Source: Gemmatimonadota bacterium (lineage in GTDB: Bacteria > Gemmatimonadota > Gemmatimonadetes > Longimicrobiales > RSA9). Taken from it: a stretch of DNA of 55,396 nucleotides. The stretch's first letter is position 1. Every line of letters starts with the position of its first letter. The translations under genes were made by a program, and so were the position numbers. The stretch is taken from contig JADGQX010000004.1 of assembly GCA_017881445.1 (NCBI GenBank), positions 1-55,396 on the forward strand, read 5' to 3'. Positions 1 through 9,693 of this stretch are shown one piece after another. The notes under the pieces were generated by a model. It was not told the DNA's origin and made no database searches. It saw nothing but the letters and a program-made list of their open reading frames with translations.

Positions 1-296
1 GGCCCGAGGGCGGCCGGGCGCGGGCCAGCGGCGGGCGCCGGCCGGCGCCGGGCACCACCCGCATCTACATCGGGGCCGGCCGCGCGGCGGGCATCCGCCC
101 GCAGGACATCGTGGGCGCCATAGCCAACGAGGCCGGGCTGAGCGGCCGCGACATCGGCGCCATCGAGATCGCGGACCGCTTCTCCCTGGTGGAGCTGCCC
201 GAGTCGGCGGCGGCCGACGTCGTGGCCGCGCTGCGCGGCACCAAGATCAAGGGACGCAAGGTGGTCGTGCGGCGGGAGCGGTACGAGTCGACCTGA
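1..296 (+). CDS. deaD: DEAD/DEAH-box RNA helicase, C-terminal DbpA-type RNA-binding domain (5' part outside window)
   Basis: Frame reads TRIYIGAGRAAGIRPQDIVGAIANEAGLSGRDIGAIEIADRFSLVELP, typical of the DeaD/CsdA C-terminus. Confidence 0.88.
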   Translation, partial: PEGGRARASGGRRPAPGTTRIYIGAGRAAGIRPQDIVGAIANEAGLSGRDIGAIEIADRFSLVELPESAAADVVAALRGTKIKGRKVVVRRERYEST

Positions 297-315
297 ACCG
301 TCCGGGGGGTGAGCG

Positions 316-564
316 ATGACGGAGCACGCAGCGGGAGCCGCGCGGCCGGCGCGCGCCTACCACTGGCTGGCGGCGGTGCCCGCCCTCTGCCTGCTGGGGG
401 GCATACCCTTCGCCAACCGCCTGGAGCCCTTCGTGCTGGGGCTCCCCTTTTTGCTGTTCTGGATCCTGCTCTGGGTCGTGCTCACGTCCGCCGTCATGGG
501 GCTGATCTATACCCTGGACGAGCGGGCGGCCCGCCGCAGCGGCGGACCGGACGTCGCCTCATGA
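316..564 (+). CDS. DUF3311-type small membrane protein, partner of the solute symporter
   Basis: 82 aa, two hydrophobic segments, NRLEPFVLGLPFLLFW motif; ATGA overlap with the downstream symporter. Confidence 0.85.
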   Translation: MTEHAAGAARPARAYHWLAAVPALCLLGGIPFANRLEPFVLGLPFLLFWILLWVVLTSAVMGLIYTLDERAARRSGGPDVAS

Positions 565-2012
565 GCAGCGCCCTGGCCATCATCGGCGCATTCCTGCTGC
601 TCTCCCTCACCCTGGGCATCCTCGCGCGCCGCGGCCGCACCATGAACCTGGAGCAGTGGTCCGTGGGCGGCCGCGGCTTCGGTACCATCTTCGTCTTCCT
701 GCTGATGGCGGGAGAGATCTACACCACCTTCACCTTCCTGGGCGGCAGCGGCTGGGCCTACGGCAAGGGCGCACCGGCGTTCTACATCCTGTGCTACGGC
801 GCCGTGGCCTATGCCATCTCCTACTTCCTGCTGCCGCCGATCTGGCGCTACGCCACGGCCAACCACCTGCTCTCCCAGGCGGATTTCTTCGCGGCCAAGT
901 ATACCAGCCGCGGGCTGGGCGTGCTGGTCTCGCTGGTCAGCGTGGCCGCCATCGTGCCCTATCTCGTGCTGCAGCTCAAGGGACTGGGCATCATCCTCTC
1001 CGAGGCGTCCTACGGAGAGTTCTCACCGGCGCAGGCGGTCTGGATCAGTACCGCGGCCCTGGTATTCTACGTGGTGGTCTCCGGCGTGCACGGCTCCGCC
1101 TGGACCGCCGTGGTCAAGGACGTGATGATCCTGGGCGTGGCCGCGGCGCTGGGACTTTATCTGCCGCTCCACTACTATGGCGGCTATCGCGCCATGTTCG
1201 TCGCCATCGAGGCGGCCCACCCCGGGTTCCTGACGCTGCCGGCCCACGGCATGAGCCCCGCCTGGCTGATCTCTACGGTGCTCCTCACCGCACTGGGCTT
1301 CTATATGTGGCCGCACACCTTCGCCTCCGCCTACACGGCTCGCAGCGAGGGCGTGTTCCGGCGCAACGCCGTCATCATGCCGCTCTACCAGCTGGTCATG
1401 CTCTTCGTCCTCCTGGTCGGCTTCTCGGCCATCCTGCGCGTCCCCGGGCTCAAGGGCGCCAACGCCGACCTGGCGCTGCTGGAGGTCTCCAAGGCGACGT
1501 TCTCGCCGCCGGTGGTGGGCGTCATCGGCGCCGCCGGGCTGCTCACCGCCCTGGTCCCCGGGTCCATGCTGCTGGTGACGGCGGCCACGATCCTGGCGCA
1601 GAACGTCTTCCGCAGCGTGGTGCCGGGCGCGGCCGACCGCACCGTCTCCATCCTGGCCAAGTGGCTGGTCCCGGTCGTGGCGCTGCTGGGGGTGTGGCTG
1701 ACGCTCCGGCCGGGCAACGCCCTGGTACCGCTGCTGCTCATGGGCTACAACATGGTGACGCAGCTCTTCCCGGCGGTGCTGCTGGCGCTGCCGCGCAGGC
1801 CGTTGGCGACCCGGGCGGGCGCCTTCGCCGGCATCCTCGCGGGCGAGGCCACCGTGGCGGCCCTTTCGCTGAGCGGCGTGACCCTGCCAGGGCTGCTGCC
1901 GGGATGGCCCGCCCTGGTGACGGACCTGAACATCGGCATCGTCGCGCTGCTGGTGAATGCCGTCGTCCTGGCCGGCGTCACCCTGGTGACGCGGGCGCCG
2001 GCCCGGCGCTGA
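561..2012 (+). CDS. Sodium:solute symporter family protein (YhjB-like)
   Basis: EQWSVGGRGFG...AGEIYTTFTFLGGSG motif, many TM segments; ATG 561 preferred over the longer ORF start. Confidence 0.92.
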   Translation: MSSALAIIGAFLLLSLTLGILARRGRTMNLEQWSVGGRGFGTIFVFLLMAGEIYTTFTFLGGSGWAYGKGAPAFYILCYGAVAYAISYFLLPPIWRYATANHLLSQADFFAAKYTSRGLGVLVSLVSVAAIVPYLVLQLKGLGIILSEASYGEFSPAQAVWISTAALVFYVVVSGVHGSAWTAVVKDVMILGVAAALGLYLPLHYYGGYRAMFVAIEAAHPGFLTLPAHGMSPAWLISTVLLTALGFYMWPHTFASAYTARSEGVFRRNAVIMPLYQLVMLFVLLVGFSAILRVPGLKGANADLALLEVSKATFSPPVVGVIGAAGLLTALVPGSMLLVTAATILAQNVFRSVVPGAADRTVSILAKWLVPVVALLGVWLTLRPGNALVPLLLMGYNMVTQLFPAVLLALPRRPLATRAGAFAGILAGEATVAALSLSGVTLPGLLPGWPALVTDLNIGIVALLVNAVVLAGVTLVTRAPARR

Positions 2013-2085
2013 CCGGCCTGGCCTCGCGGGCGCGCCCACGACGCTGCATCTTGGAAAGACAACGGTCGTGCGTCAGGAGGGCGCC

Positions 2086-2733
2086 ATGCGAGGGTCCATC
2101 GGCCCGGTTCGCATCATCACCGTTTCCCGGGAGTACGGCAGCGGCGGGGGCGAGATCGCCCGCATGGTCGGCGACGCGCTGGGATGGCGCGTGATCGACC
2201 ACGCCGTGATCGAGGAGGTCGCCCGCCGGCTGCACGCGCCCGAGGCCGATATCGAGGCCATGGACGAGCACGTGGGGGGCATCGTGGAGCGGATCGCGGG
2301 CGTGTTCGCCCGGGGCTCGCCGGAAGCCCCGGTCGTTTCGCCCATCCCCGACCCCGACACCATCGCGGCGCTGGCCCGCGCCGTGCTCCGGGACGCGCTC
2401 TCCTCGCTCCCGTTCGTGGTCGTCGGCCACGGTGCGCAATGCCTCTTCTCCGCCCGGGACGACGCGCTCCACGTGTTCGTGGGAGCCCCGCTGAAGAATC
2501 GCGTCCGCCGGGTGGCGGAGCGGCGGGGCGTGGCACCCGACGTGGCGGCGCGGGAGGTCGAGCACCGCGATGCGGAACGGCACCGCTACCTGCGGCACCA
2601 CTTTTCCTGTGACCCGGACAACCCCGACCTCTACACGATCCAGCTGAACACCGGCTCGATCTCGCTGGAGCACGCCCGGTTGCTGATCCTGCAGCTGGTG
2701 CAGTGGCGCGAGGTCGCGCCGGTCGGCGCGTAG
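2086..2733 (+). CDS. Cytidylate kinase-like family protein
   Basis: IITVSREYGSGGGEIA P-loop-like N-terminus, VVVGHGAQ, D..R..Y motif; AGGAGG RBS before ATG 2086. Confidence 0.88.
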   Translation: MRGSIGPVRIITVSREYGSGGGEIARMVGDALGWRVIDHAVIEEVARRLHAPEADIEAMDEHVGGIVERIAGVFARGSPEAPVVSPIPDPDTIAALARAVLRDALSSLPFVVVGHGAQCLFSARDDALHVFVGAPLKNRVRRVAERRGVAPDVAAREVEHRDAERHRYLRHHFSCDPDNPDLYTIQLNTGSISLEHARLLILQLVQWREVAPVGA

Positions 2734-2775
2734 CGCGCCGACCCCTGGAATCGCCTACACCCTGCTTGGCAGAGC

Positions 2776-3822
2776 GTGCTCGGCCGCTGCTTCTTCTGCT
2801 ACCGACCCTTCCCGTTGAACGGGTCACTGGAAGGCCTCGCCCTCGGACGGCGCGTCGCCTTCGACCCCGAGCGCGGCCGGCTGTGGCTGGTCTGCGCGTC
2901 CTGCGGGCGCTGGACGCTGGTCCCCATCGAAGAGCGTTGGGAGGTGCTGGAGGCGCTCGAGCGCATGGTCGCCGGGGCCCGGGTCCTGGGTCGGACCGAC
3001 CACATGGCGCTGCTCTCGGTCCGGGACCTCGAGATCGTTCGCATCGGACGCGCGGACCTGCGCGAGGAAACCCGCTGGCGTTACGGCCCGGAGTTCGCCG
3101 CCCGCCGCGCGCGCGCCGACCGGCTCGACCGGCTGGGGGAGGCGGCGGATGGCGTGCTCACGACCTCCCTCTTCCTTTTCAGCCTGGCGTTCGGCGGCTG
3201 GCCCCTCGTCGCCGACACCGATCCCGACAAGTGGCTCCGCTGGGTCCGGCGCCGGCGCTTCGGCCGGTATGTCTGGCGCGGTGCGCCCGCCTGCCCGCGA
3301 TGCGGTAAGGCGCTGCCGGACCGCGGCTTCGAGGAGCGGGGCTCCCTCCTGGTCGAGGTCCGCGAGGGCGGCGGCCTGGGAGTGTGGTGGCCCTGTCCCG
3401 AGTGCGGGTCTGCGCGCGACGACGGAGGACACCGGCTCGCCGGCCTGGCGGCGGAGCACGTGCTGCGCCGCCTGCTCGCCTGGGAGAACTTCGCGGGGGG
3501 CAGCCCGGAGACCATGCACCACGCCCTGGACCTGGTCGAGCGAGCGGGCTCCGCCGCGGGTCTCGTCGCCGGCAGCTCCGGCGCCCTCGCGATCGGGCGG
3601 GTGCCGGCCCGGGTCACGTTGGCCCTCGAGATCGCCCTGAGCACCGAGGCCGAGCGCCGCCTGCTGGCCATGGAGCTGGGCGCCCTGGAGCGACGCTGGC
3701 GGCGCGAGGAAGAGATCGCCGCCATCGTCGATGGGGAGCTGACACCCATTCCCGTCGCACCCCCGCCCGTGGCTCTCACGAGTGTGTCGAGATCCAGACC
3801 AGGCGAAACGCCCATGCGCTGA
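2776..3822 (+). CDS. Hypothetical protein with four CxxC pairs (two predicted Zn ribbons) and a central hydrophobic segment
   Basis: CFFC, CASC, CPRC, CPEC motifs; GRRVAFDPERGRLWLVC and EEEIAAIVD segments; GC3-rich coding frame. Confidence 0.8.
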   Translation: MLGRCFFCYRPFPLNGSLEGLALGRRVAFDPERGRLWLVCASCGRWTLVPIEERWEVLEALERMVAGARVLGRTDHMALLSVRDLEIVRIGRADLREETRWRYGPEFAARRARADRLDRLGEAADGVLTTSLFLFSLAFGGWPLVADTDPDKWLRWVRRRRFGRYVWRGAPACPRCGKALPDRGFEERGSLLVEVREGGGLGVWWPCPECGSARDDGGHRLAGLAAEHVLRRLLAWENFAGGSPETMHHALDLVERAGSAAGLVAGSSGALAIGRVPARVTLALEIALSTEAERRLLAMELGALERRWRREEEIAAIVDGELTPIPVAPPPVALTSVSRSRPGETPMR

Positions 3823-3958
3823 AGGCCGCCGCCGCCAGGGTGATGATCACGAAGAACGGGTCCGTCGCCAGGTGGGGACCTTCCACGATCGCGCGCCAGA
3901 TGTGCACCAGGGTGAGCAGGCCGAAGACCACGCCGGTCGTCATGACATAGGACTTCAC
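3776..3958 (-). CDS. Small two-TM membrane protein
   Basis: 60 aa, AGGAGG RBS before GTG, two hydrophobic helices. Confidence 0.7.
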   Translation of the reverse strand: MKSYVMTTGVVFGLLTLVHIWRAIVEGPHLATDPFFVIITLAAAAFSAWAFRLVWISTHS

Positions 3959-4045
3959 GGGATCGCCTCCTGGTGCCCGATGCGGAATGCGCCGCCGCCG
4001 GATGCTCGCGGCCGCGGAAGCTCGTTGAATTGGGGGCGGCGATCG

Positions 4046-5236
4046 TCAGGAAGTGCGGCTCCCGGGGGGGCGGCGCAGCCCGAGGCGGGCCAGGGTGAAG
4101 AGCGCGGCCATGGAGAGGAGCCCGGCGGGCACGAGGAGGAACGACGCCCGCAGCCCGACGGCGTCGCCCAGCAGCCCCGTGGCGTAGGGCAGCGCCGTCC
4201 CGCCCACCAGCGCCATGACCAGCATCACGCTGAAGGCAGTGCCGGAGAGCGCGGGGAACCGGTCGCCGCCATAGCCCATGATGACGGGGAAGACGGGGGC
4301 GAAGCCGGCGCCCACCAGCAGCCCGCCCAGGCCCACGGCCGCGGGCGTGGTGCCGGCTACCATGATGATGGCGCCGGTGAGCGCGATGCCGATGGCCGTG
4401 TAGAGGACCCGGGCCGGCGGGAAGCGCCGGCCGGCGAGGCCGAGCAGCAGCCGGCCTGCGATCATGCCCACCCAGTAGAGCGAGAGCAGCAGGAGGGCGC
4501 GCTCGGCGGAGAGGCCGAGCACCTGCTGGACGTACGCCGCGGTCCAGCCGCTGGCGATCATCTCCATGCCGCTCTCGAAGAACAGGCAGGCGCCGAGCAG
4601 GACCAGCGGCCCGTCCCGCAGCAGCGCCAGCCCGTGGGCCAGGGGAAAGCCTTGCGGGTGCTTCGGCGGCGGGAAGCGGATCGCCAGCAGGTAGACCAGC
4701 GGCAGCGCGGCGGCCAGGCCCACGCCGGCCGTGATGGTGCCGTAAGAGAAGCGTCGCAGCAGCAGCGCCAGCACGAGCGGCACGCCGAAGGCGCCCACGC
4801 CGAAGAACACGCCCATCAGGCTGAGATCCGCCCCCCTCGAGCCTTCGTCGCTCACATCGGCCACCAGGGCGCTGGTGGCGCCGTTCACGACGCCCCCGCC
4901 CAACCCGATGAGCGCCAGCGAAGCCGCCACCAGCCGCAGCGAAGGGGCGAAGGCGATGCCCTCCAGCCCGATGGCGATCAGCGCCACGCAGCCCGCCAGC
5001 AGTGCCCGGTAGCCGTAGCGGTCCACGATCGGGCCGAACAGCACGGAGCCCAGCAGGATGCCGATGGTCAGCACCGGGAAGAGCGAGCCAGCCGCCGCGT
5101 TGCCGAGGCCGAAGCGCGCGATCAGGGATGGCAGCAGCGATCCCAGCGCGGTGAGGGAGATGCCGAAGACGAGGATGCCCGCGCAGGCGGCGGCGAACAC
5201 CCGCCGCCGGGAATAGACGGCCGGGCCGTCGGTCAC
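4046..5236 (-). CDS. MFS transporter (sugar/FucP-like)
   Basis: About 12 TM segments, GPIVDRYGYR MFS motif A. Confidence 0.92.
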   Translation of the reverse strand: MTDGPAVYSRRRVFAAACAGILVFGISLTALGSLLPSLIARFGLGNAAAGSLFPVLTIGILLGSVLFGPIVDRYGYRALLAGCVALIAIGLEGIAFAPSLRLVAASLALIGLGGGVVNGATSALVADVSDEGSRGADLSLMGVFFGVGAFGVPLVLALLLRRFSYGTITAGVGLAAALPLVYLLAIRFPPPKHPQGFPLAHGLALLRDGPLVLLGACLFFESGMEMIASGWTAAYVQQVLGLSAERALLLLSLYWVGMIAGRLLLGLAGRRFPPARVLYTAIGIALTGAIIMVAGTTPAAVGLGGLLVGAGFAPVFPVIMGYGGDRFPALSGTAFSVMLVMALVGGTALPYATGLLGDAVGLRASFLLVPAGLLSMAALFTLARLGLRRPPGSRTS

Positions 5237-6273
5237 GGACGGCCCGCGCGGGTGGCCCTATCGGTATCCGCGGCCGGGTCGGCGCCGGGCTCGCCCGGCG
5301 GGTCCGCCGCCGCGACAGGAGCCGCGGCCAGCGCCAGGCGGGCGGCCCCCAGCAGGGGCGCGGCAGCCCCCAGGGCGGCGGCCACGAACTCCACCTGTCT
5401 CATGGCCGCGGGCAGCGCCCAACGCTCCGCCTCGCCGCGCACCCGCGAGAGCAGCTTCAGCGCCGGCCCGAAGATGTCACCGCCGAACACGATCCGCTGT
5501 GGGTTGAAGAGACTGACCAGGTTGGCGGCCGCCATGCCCCAGTATGCCACGGCGTCGCCCAGCGCCTCCGCCGCCAGGGCGTCGCGCATCTCGAGCGCGG
5601 CGAACACGTGCTCCGAGGTCAGGGCGTGCGGCGCCACAGCGCGCAGCGGACCCTCGTAGCGGGGCGTCGCGGCCAGCAGCAGGCGCGCCACCTCCCCGAG
5701 TCCCTTGCCGGAGGCGTGGAACTCGAAGCAGCCCGCCTGCCGGTACGGCTCCAGCCAGGGGCGCGCCAGCGCCATCCAGCCGATGCCCCCAGCGAGGTCG
5801 GCGCTCCCGCGCAGCAGGGCGCCATTCACCAGGATCCCGACGCCGATTCCCTTGCCCACCTCCAGGTAGGCCGCGTCCCGGGCGCCCGCCGCCGCGCCGC
5901 TCCAGCTCTCCGCCAGCATGCAGGCCCCCGGGCGGGGCACCAGGCGCACGGGGCAGCGGCGTCGCACGGCCGCCTCCACTTCCCGGCCCAGCGGGTAGTC
6001 GCTGAAGTCGGGGATTTCCGGTACCGAGACCAGGCCCCCCGGCTGCACGGTTCCGGCCACGGAGACGCCGACGGCGTCCACGCTCTCGCCGCGCTTGGCC
6101 GCGCCCGCGGCCAGCTCGCGAACCGCGCGGCACACGACCCTGGCCACGGCACGGCCATCCCGGTCGGCCAGGGCCGCATCCGTGCGCACGAGCGGGTCGG
6201 AGCCGCCGGTCCCACCCGGGAACAGTGCTGCCGATACCCGGGTGTCGCCGAGGTCCAAGCCGATGACCGCCAT
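5233..6273 (-). CDS. ROK family protein (degenerate catalytic motifs)
   Basis: IGLDLGDT, VGKGIGVGILVNG, GCFEFHASG, NLVSLFNPQRIVFGG; ATG 6273 with GGAG RBS. Confidence 0.88.
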   Translation of the reverse strand: MAVIGLDLGDTRVSAALFPGGTGGSDPLVRTDAALADRDGRAVARVVCRAVRELAAGAAKRGESVDAVGVSVAGTVQPGGLVSVPEIPDFSDYPLGREVEAAVRRRCPVRLVPRPGACMLAESWSGAAAGARDAAYLEVGKGIGVGILVNGALLRGSADLAGGIGWMALARPWLEPYRQAGCFEFHASGKGLGEVARLLLAATPRYEGPLRAVAPHALTSEHVFAALEMRDALAAEALGDAVAYWGMAAANLVSLFNPQRIVFGGDIFGPALKLLSRVRGEAERWALPAAMRQVEFVAAALGAAAPLLGAARLALAAAPVAAADPPGEPGADPAADTDRATRAGRP

Positions 6274-6464
6274 AGTCTCTCCGGAGCTGGGCGCAGACGG
6301 GGAGAGCGCCCGCGCGCCTACCGCAACGTATTCCGGCGACGGCGGCGAGGTCAACGGTCACGGCGCGCGCGCGCCGGACCGCCCGTGCGCCTGGCAGCGG
6401 GACGGACGCCGCGGGCCAGGGTGCGGGAGGTAGCCTGTCTTCGTCGGGCGCTGCGGCCGCGCGT

Positions 6465-7670
6465 CTACTGCGGGGGTGATACCGGGGTCGGGTAAAGCGC
6501 CACGCGTCCCGCCCGTTCGCTCCACCCGGGTGCGGCCGTCAGCCGGCCGATGGCGGCGGCATCCAGCGGAGCGGTCGCGGCCTCCAGGGCACGGCGGAGC
6601 GCGTCCGTGCCGGCCAGGCGCTCGAGGTGCCCGGCGCCCGTGGGATTCGCCGCGGTGGGATAACCGGCCCAGCGGAGCTCGGCGCGGTGAAGGACGGCGA
6701 TCTCCGACAGCAGCGCAATGCCCGCCGCCACCGGACGGACGCGCTGGGGGTCGAGCACACGCATGCGCACGGCCTCGCAGCCCTGGCCGGCGTGGGGCCC
6801 GACGGCGGGCGTGAACCGGGCCGGCTCCGGTGCCAGGCCGGGCAGGTCGCGGGCGACGAGGCGCGCCGCCAGCGTCGTCGCCTGCAGCCAGGGGGCCCCC
6901 ACGGCCTCGAAGGACAGCGGGCTGCCGCGTCCTACGCTGAGGTTCGTCGCCTCGAAGAGGCAGGTGCCGGGGTAGAGCAACGCCGCCTCGAAGCGGGTGA
7001 TGGCGGGCGAGGTGGGGACGAAGGGCAGTCCCAGCTCGGGCCAGAGGGCATCCCGGCGCCAGCCCTCGCAGAGCACCACGCGCACATCCGCGTCCGGCCG
7101 GGTCTCGGCCCGCCAGAGGCTGGCCAGTTCGCCCAGTGTCAGGGAGTGCCGGATCGGGATCGTGTGGCGGCCGAGGAAGGACGCGTGCGCCGGCTCCAGC
7201 AGGGGTCCCTCCACCCATTCCATCAGCCCGCCCAGCGGGTTGGGCCGGTCGAGGATCCAGACCTTCAGCCCCGCTGCGGCGCAGGCATCCACCACGTGCG
7301 TCATGGTCCAGGCGTATGTGTAGAAGCGGGCGCCGATGTCCGGCAGGTCGCAGAGCACGCCGTCGAGGCCGGCGAGGGCCTCCGGCGACGGCCGCATGGC
7401 ATCGCCATAGAGGCTGACCACCGGCAGCCGGGTGAGGGAGTCCGTGCCGCCGGCCACGGCGGCGCCATCGGGGGCGCGGGCGCCCAGACCGTGCTCGGGC
7501 GAGAACAACCGGACGATCGGCAGGCCCGCCTGCAGCAGCGCCGCGCGCGTGTGCCGGTCGGCGTCGCGGGCCAGCCGGGCGGCGTCGTTGGTCAGCAGCG
7601 CCAGGCGGCGCGGTCCCGGCGAGCCGAGCAGGCCCGGGTCGGCGACAAGGCGGTCGGCACCGAAGAGCAT
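6465..7670 (-). CDS. namZ: DUF1343 exo-beta-N-acetylmuramidase NamZ family
   Basis: LFSPEHG, SLYG, DLPDIGARFYTY, LDRPNP, PIRHSLTLGELA, FEATNLSVGRG motifs. Confidence 0.9.
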   Translation of the reverse strand: MLFGADRLVADPGLLGSPGPRRLALLTNDAARLARDADRHTRAALLQAGLPIVRLFSPEHGLGARAPDGAAVAGGTDSLTRLPVVSLYGDAMRPSPEALAGLDGVLCDLPDIGARFYTYAWTMTHVVDACAAAGLKVWILDRPNPLGGLMEWVEGPLLEPAHASFLGRHTIPIRHSLTLGELASLWRAETRPDADVRVVLCEGWRRDALWPELGLPFVPTSPAITRFEAALLYPGTCLFEATNLSVGRGSPLSFEAVGAPWLQATTLAARLVARDLPGLAPEPARFTPAVGPHAGQGCEAVRMRVLDPQRVRPVAAGIALLSEIAVLHRAELRWAGYPTAANPTGAGHLERLAGTDALRRALEAATAPLDAAAIGRLTAAPGWSERAGRVALYPTPVSPPQ

Positions 7671-7852
7671 GGGCGGAAAGGTACGCGCGACCCCCAGGCC
7701 GGGCGATGGGCTCGATGTTGCAGGCGGCTCCCACGGGCGTTGCGCGGCAGGGGCGGGAGCGCCAAAGTGGACGTGCGCCGACGCGGGTGCGCGGATCCCG
7801 GTGGATGCCGGCGGATGGTCCGCGGGTCGAACGCGTTCGAGAGGAGACAGCC

Positions 7853-8038
7853 ATGATGCGAGGCGGAAGCGCGATCTATTGCCCGGCCTGCAACAATCAC
7901 CAGGTCGTGGGGAGTCCAGGCACGAAACTGCAGCTGCCCCTGACGGTCACCTGCAGCAAGTGCGGCGCGACACTATCCGTCGCCAAGAGCGAGAGCATGG
8001 GCGTACACGTCAGCGTGCAGGGCGCCGGGCATAGCTGA
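7853..8038 (+). CDS. Small Zn-ribbon protein (61 aa)
   Basis: CPAC...CSKC; GAGGAG RBS 6 nt before ATG. Confidence 0.75.
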   Translation: MMRGGSAIYCPACNNHQVVGSPGTKLQLPLTVTCSKCGATLSVAKSESMGVHVSVQGAGHS

Positions 8039-8041
8039 GCC

Positions 8042-8095
8042 GCGGTTCGCCGGGACGCGGCGGTTCGTCGGGACGCGGCGGCTCGCCGGGACGCG
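8042..8095. repeat. 18-bp tandem repeat x3 (GCGGYTCGYCGGGACGCG)
   Basis: Copies at 8042, 8060 and 8078, immediately after the stop codon at 8038. Confidence 0.85.
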
Positions 8096-8210
8096 GCGTC
8101 GAAGCCGGACCGCCGCCCCTCGGGCCGGTTCACGCCCGGCGGCGCGTCCGGGCGTGGTTGCGCGCGGGCGAGGCGCGCCCGATCCTTCTGGTGTATCGCC
8201 CGCCACCAGG

Positions 8211-9602
8211 ATGACCGGGATGCCCGACACGCTCAGGGATCTGCGCTCGAGGGAGTTCGCGCGGCTGGACGCCGCCGGTCACGCCTATCTCGACTACACG
8301 GGCAGTGGCCTCTACGCCGAATCCCAGCTGGAACGGCACATGGAGCTGCTCCAGCGGGAGGTGCTGGGCAACCCGCACACGGAGAGCCCCACCTCGCTGC
8401 CCGCGACCCGCAGGGTGGAGGCGGCGCGAGCCGACATCCTGGATTTCTTCCAGGCCGACCCCTCCGAGTACGAGGTCATCTTCACCGCGAACGCCAGCGG
8501 TGCGCTCAAGATCGTGGGCGAGAGCTTCCCCTTCGGCCCGGGCTCCCGCCTGCTGATGACGGCAGATAACCACAATTCGGTGAATGGGATACGGAGTTTC
8601 GCCGCGGCGCGGGGCGCGGCGGTGGAGTACCTGCCGCTGGACGGCGAGCTGCGCGCCGGGCCGCTGGAGCCCTACCTCGGCTCCGCCGCCGCCGCGCCGG
8701 GTCTCTTCGCCTTTCCGGCGCAGTCCAACTTCTCCGGCGTCAAGCACCCGCTGGGCTGGATCGCCACGGCCCAGGCCGCCGGGTTCCGCGTGCTGCTGGA
8801 CGCGGCGGCCTTCGTGCCCACCAGCCGGCTGTCGCTGCGGGAGGTGCACCCGGACTTCGTGTGCGTGTCGTTCTACAAGATGTTCGGGTATCCGACGGGC
8901 GTGGGGGCGCTCATCGCGCGCCACCCGGCGTTGCTCGAGCTGCGACGCCCGTGGTTCGCGGGGGGGACGGTGCGCTTCGTCTCCGCCCAGAACCAGGAGC
9001 ACCTGCTCAAGGCCACGGCCGAGGCGTTCGAGGATGGAACGCTCAACTTCCTGGCCATCGCCGCGGTGCCGTTCGGCCTGGAGCTGCTGCGCTCCCTGGG
9101 CATGGAGGCGGTCAACCGGCACGTCATGGATCTGACCGCCGCCCTGCTGGATGGAATGGTGTCGCTGCGGCACTCGAACGGCGCGCCCCAGGTGCGGGTG
9201 TACGGGCCGCACGACCTGCGCGGCCGGGGTGCCACCATCGCGTTCAACGCCCTCGACCCGGAGGGTGGGCTCGTGGAGTACGAGCGGGTCGAGGAGGTCG
9301 CGGCCGAGGCGCGGGTGTCGGTCCGGGGTGGCTGCTTCTGCAACCCGGGCGCGGCGGAGTTCGCCTTCGGCTACACCGCCGCCGAGTCCTACCGCTGCTT
9401 CCACACCATGGCGCCGACCGATTTCACCCTGCAGCAGTTCTCGTCCTGCATGCACGGCATGCCGGTGGGCGCGGTGCGCGCGTCCCTCGGCCTGGCCAGC
9501 GACGAGTCCGACGTCCAGCGGCTGCTGGAGGTTCTTGCCGCCCTGCGCGACGAGCCGCCCGGCACGGGCGCCCGGCGGCTGCCGCCCGTCATTGGGGGCT
9601 GA
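8211..9602 (+). CDS. Aminotransferase class V PLP enzyme, molybdenum cofactor sulfurase NifS-domain-like
   Basis: YLDYTGSGLY, GNPH, DNHNSV, PAQSNFSG, SFYKMFGYPTGVGAL (PLP Lys), VRGGCFCNPG. Confidence 0.9.
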   Translation: MTGMPDTLRDLRSREFARLDAAGHAYLDYTGSGLYAESQLERHMELLQREVLGNPHTESPTSLPATRRVEAARADILDFFQADPSEYEVIFTANASGALKIVGESFPFGPGSRLLMTADNHNSVNGIRSFAAARGAAVEYLPLDGELRAGPLEPYLGSAAAAPGLFAFPAQSNFSGVKHPLGWIATAQAAGFRVLLDAAAFVPTSRLSLREVHPDFVCVSFYKMFGYPTGVGALIARHPALLELRRPWFAGGTVRFVSAQNQEHLLKATAEAFEDGTLNFLAIAAVPFGLELLRSLGMEAVNRHVMDLTAALLDGMVSLRHSNGAPQVRVYGPHDLRGRGATIAFNALDPEGGLVEYERVEEVAAEARVSVRGGCFCNPGAAEFAFGYTAAESYRCFHTMAPTDFTLQQFSSCMHGMPVGAVRASLGLASDESDVQRLLEVLAALRDEPPGTGARRLPPVIGG

Positions 9603-9667
9603 GCCCCCCCTCCCGACCCTTCTTTTCCGTTCGTCCCAGCCGTCACCTGCGCGTCACCCCAGCCGGT

Positions 9668-9693
9668 GCAACCCTTGGCGCATGCGCTTCGTC
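9668..9693 (+). promoter_or_regulatory. Candidate ECF sigma promoter (GCAAC-N17-CGTC)
   Basis: GCAACC at 9668 and CGTC at 9690, upstream of a secreted-protein gene. Confidence 0.45.
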
